Shown: piece by piece, positions 6,014 to 6,802 of the stretch | How positions within the stretch are numbered: the stretch's first letter is position 1 | Layout of the letters: each line of letters opens with the position of its first letter | Assembly (NCBI RefSeq): GCF_006345805.1 | Contig: NW_021829014.1 | Span: forward strand, 1 to 6,802 | Reading direction: 5' to 3' | Source of the DNA: Octopus sinensis | Lineage: Eukaryota | DNA: 6,802 bases | Notes under the pieces: generated by a model | Seen by the model: the letters and a program-made list of their open reading frames with translations, nothing else | Database searches by the model: none | What the model was told of the DNA's origin: nothing | Made by a program: the position numbers and the translations under genes

Positions 6014-6611
6014 GCGGCGAGCTGGCAGAAACGTTAGCACGCCGGGCGAAATGCGTAGCCGTATTTCGTCTGCCGCTACGTTCTGAGTTCAAATTCCGCC
6101 GAGGTCGACTTTGCCTTTCATCCCTTCGGGGTCGATTAAATAAGTACCAGTTACGCACTGGAGTCGATGTAATCGACTCAATCCGTTTGTCTGTCCTTGT
6201 TTGTCCCCTCTGTGTTTAGCCCCTTGTGGGTAGTAAATTAATAGGTATTTCGTCTGCCGCTTGGTTCTGAGTTCAAATTCCGCCGAGGTCGACTTTGCCT
6301 TTCATCCTTTCGGGGTCGATTAAAATAAGTACGCACTGGAGTCGATGTAATCGACTTAATCCGTTTCTCAGTCCTTGTTTGTCCCCTCTGTGTTTAGCCC
6401 CTTGTGGGTAGTAAAGGAATAGGTATTTCGTCTGCCGCTACGTTCTGAGTTCAAATTCTGCCGATATCGACTTTACCTTTCATCCTTTCGGGGTCGATAA
6501 ATTAAGTACCAGTTACACACTGGAGTCGATATAATCGACTTAGTCCGTTTGTCTGTCCTTGTTTGTCCTCTCTGTGTTTAGTCCCTTGTGGGTAGTAAAG
6601 AAATAGGTATT
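6014..6611 (+). mobile_element. SINE-A tandem array 3: full unit (6014-6243) plus two truncated units (6244-6421, 6422-6605), ending in a junction stub GGTATT
   Basis: Intact A box TGGCAGAAACG and B box GAGTTCAAATTCC. Same junction type as array 2. Unit 2 lost CAGTTAC between TAC repeats. No TSD is visible. Confidence 0.9.
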
Positions 6612-6748
6612 GTGCTTTAATTTTATCGCTTTATGTTTATTGGGCCGGCCACTAATTTAAGATTTTTGACATAGAGTAAACTCAACACCCGTTTATACCA
6701 GGAAACGAGAACGAAATAACATGCAACCAGGCATGTATACCACATAAA

Positions 6749-6802
6749 GGAGGCGCAATGGCCCAGTGGTTAGGGCAGCGGACTCGCGGTCGTAGGATCG
6801 CG
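6749..6802 (+). mobile_element. 5' head of another SINE-D copy, cut by the window edge
   Basis: GGAGGCGCAATGGCCCAGTGGTTAGGGCAGCGGACTCGCGGTCG is similar to 2698-2740. A box at 6759-6769. Confidence 0.8.

Larger units (their letters stand above)
437..6802 (+). other. Probable first intron (3' end not seen)
   Basis: Starts at the GTAAGT donor. The remainder is almost entirely repeats, with no convincing acceptor plus exon. Confidence 0.5.

Noticed and set aside
685-6611. Tandem repeats as a CRISPR array
   Set aside because: Units are 184-237 bp, contiguous and have no unique spacers. There are no cas genes and the context is eukaryotic SINE sequence.
685-6802. Strand bias (SINE-A, C and D on plus, full SINE-B copies on minus)
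   Set aside because: Too few independent insertions to distinguish from chance.

Overview
Eukaryotic, AT-rich, repeat-saturated window. The repeat families look like those of an Octopus-type cephalopod; this is from recognition, not a database search. The only credible host coding sequence is a probable first coding exon at 346-436 (+). It encodes a 30-aa signal-peptide-like N-terminus, ends in a canonical phase-1 GTAAGT donor and follows a CpG-rich trinucleotide-repeat leader with a uORF. The rest is probably intron 1. It holds at least four tRNA-derived SINE families (labelled A-D here), an internally deleted mariner, a foldback element and microsatellites. The most unusual structures are: (i) SINE-A occurs only as head-to-tail concatemers (4, 6 and 3 units) with fixed junctions, two of them enclosed by a single 14-bp or 17-bp target-site duplication; (ii) a 236/237-bp chimeric repeat that appears to have been built by microhomology template switching between two SINE families. 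No prokaryotic system, CRISPR array or hammerhead ribozyme is supported.
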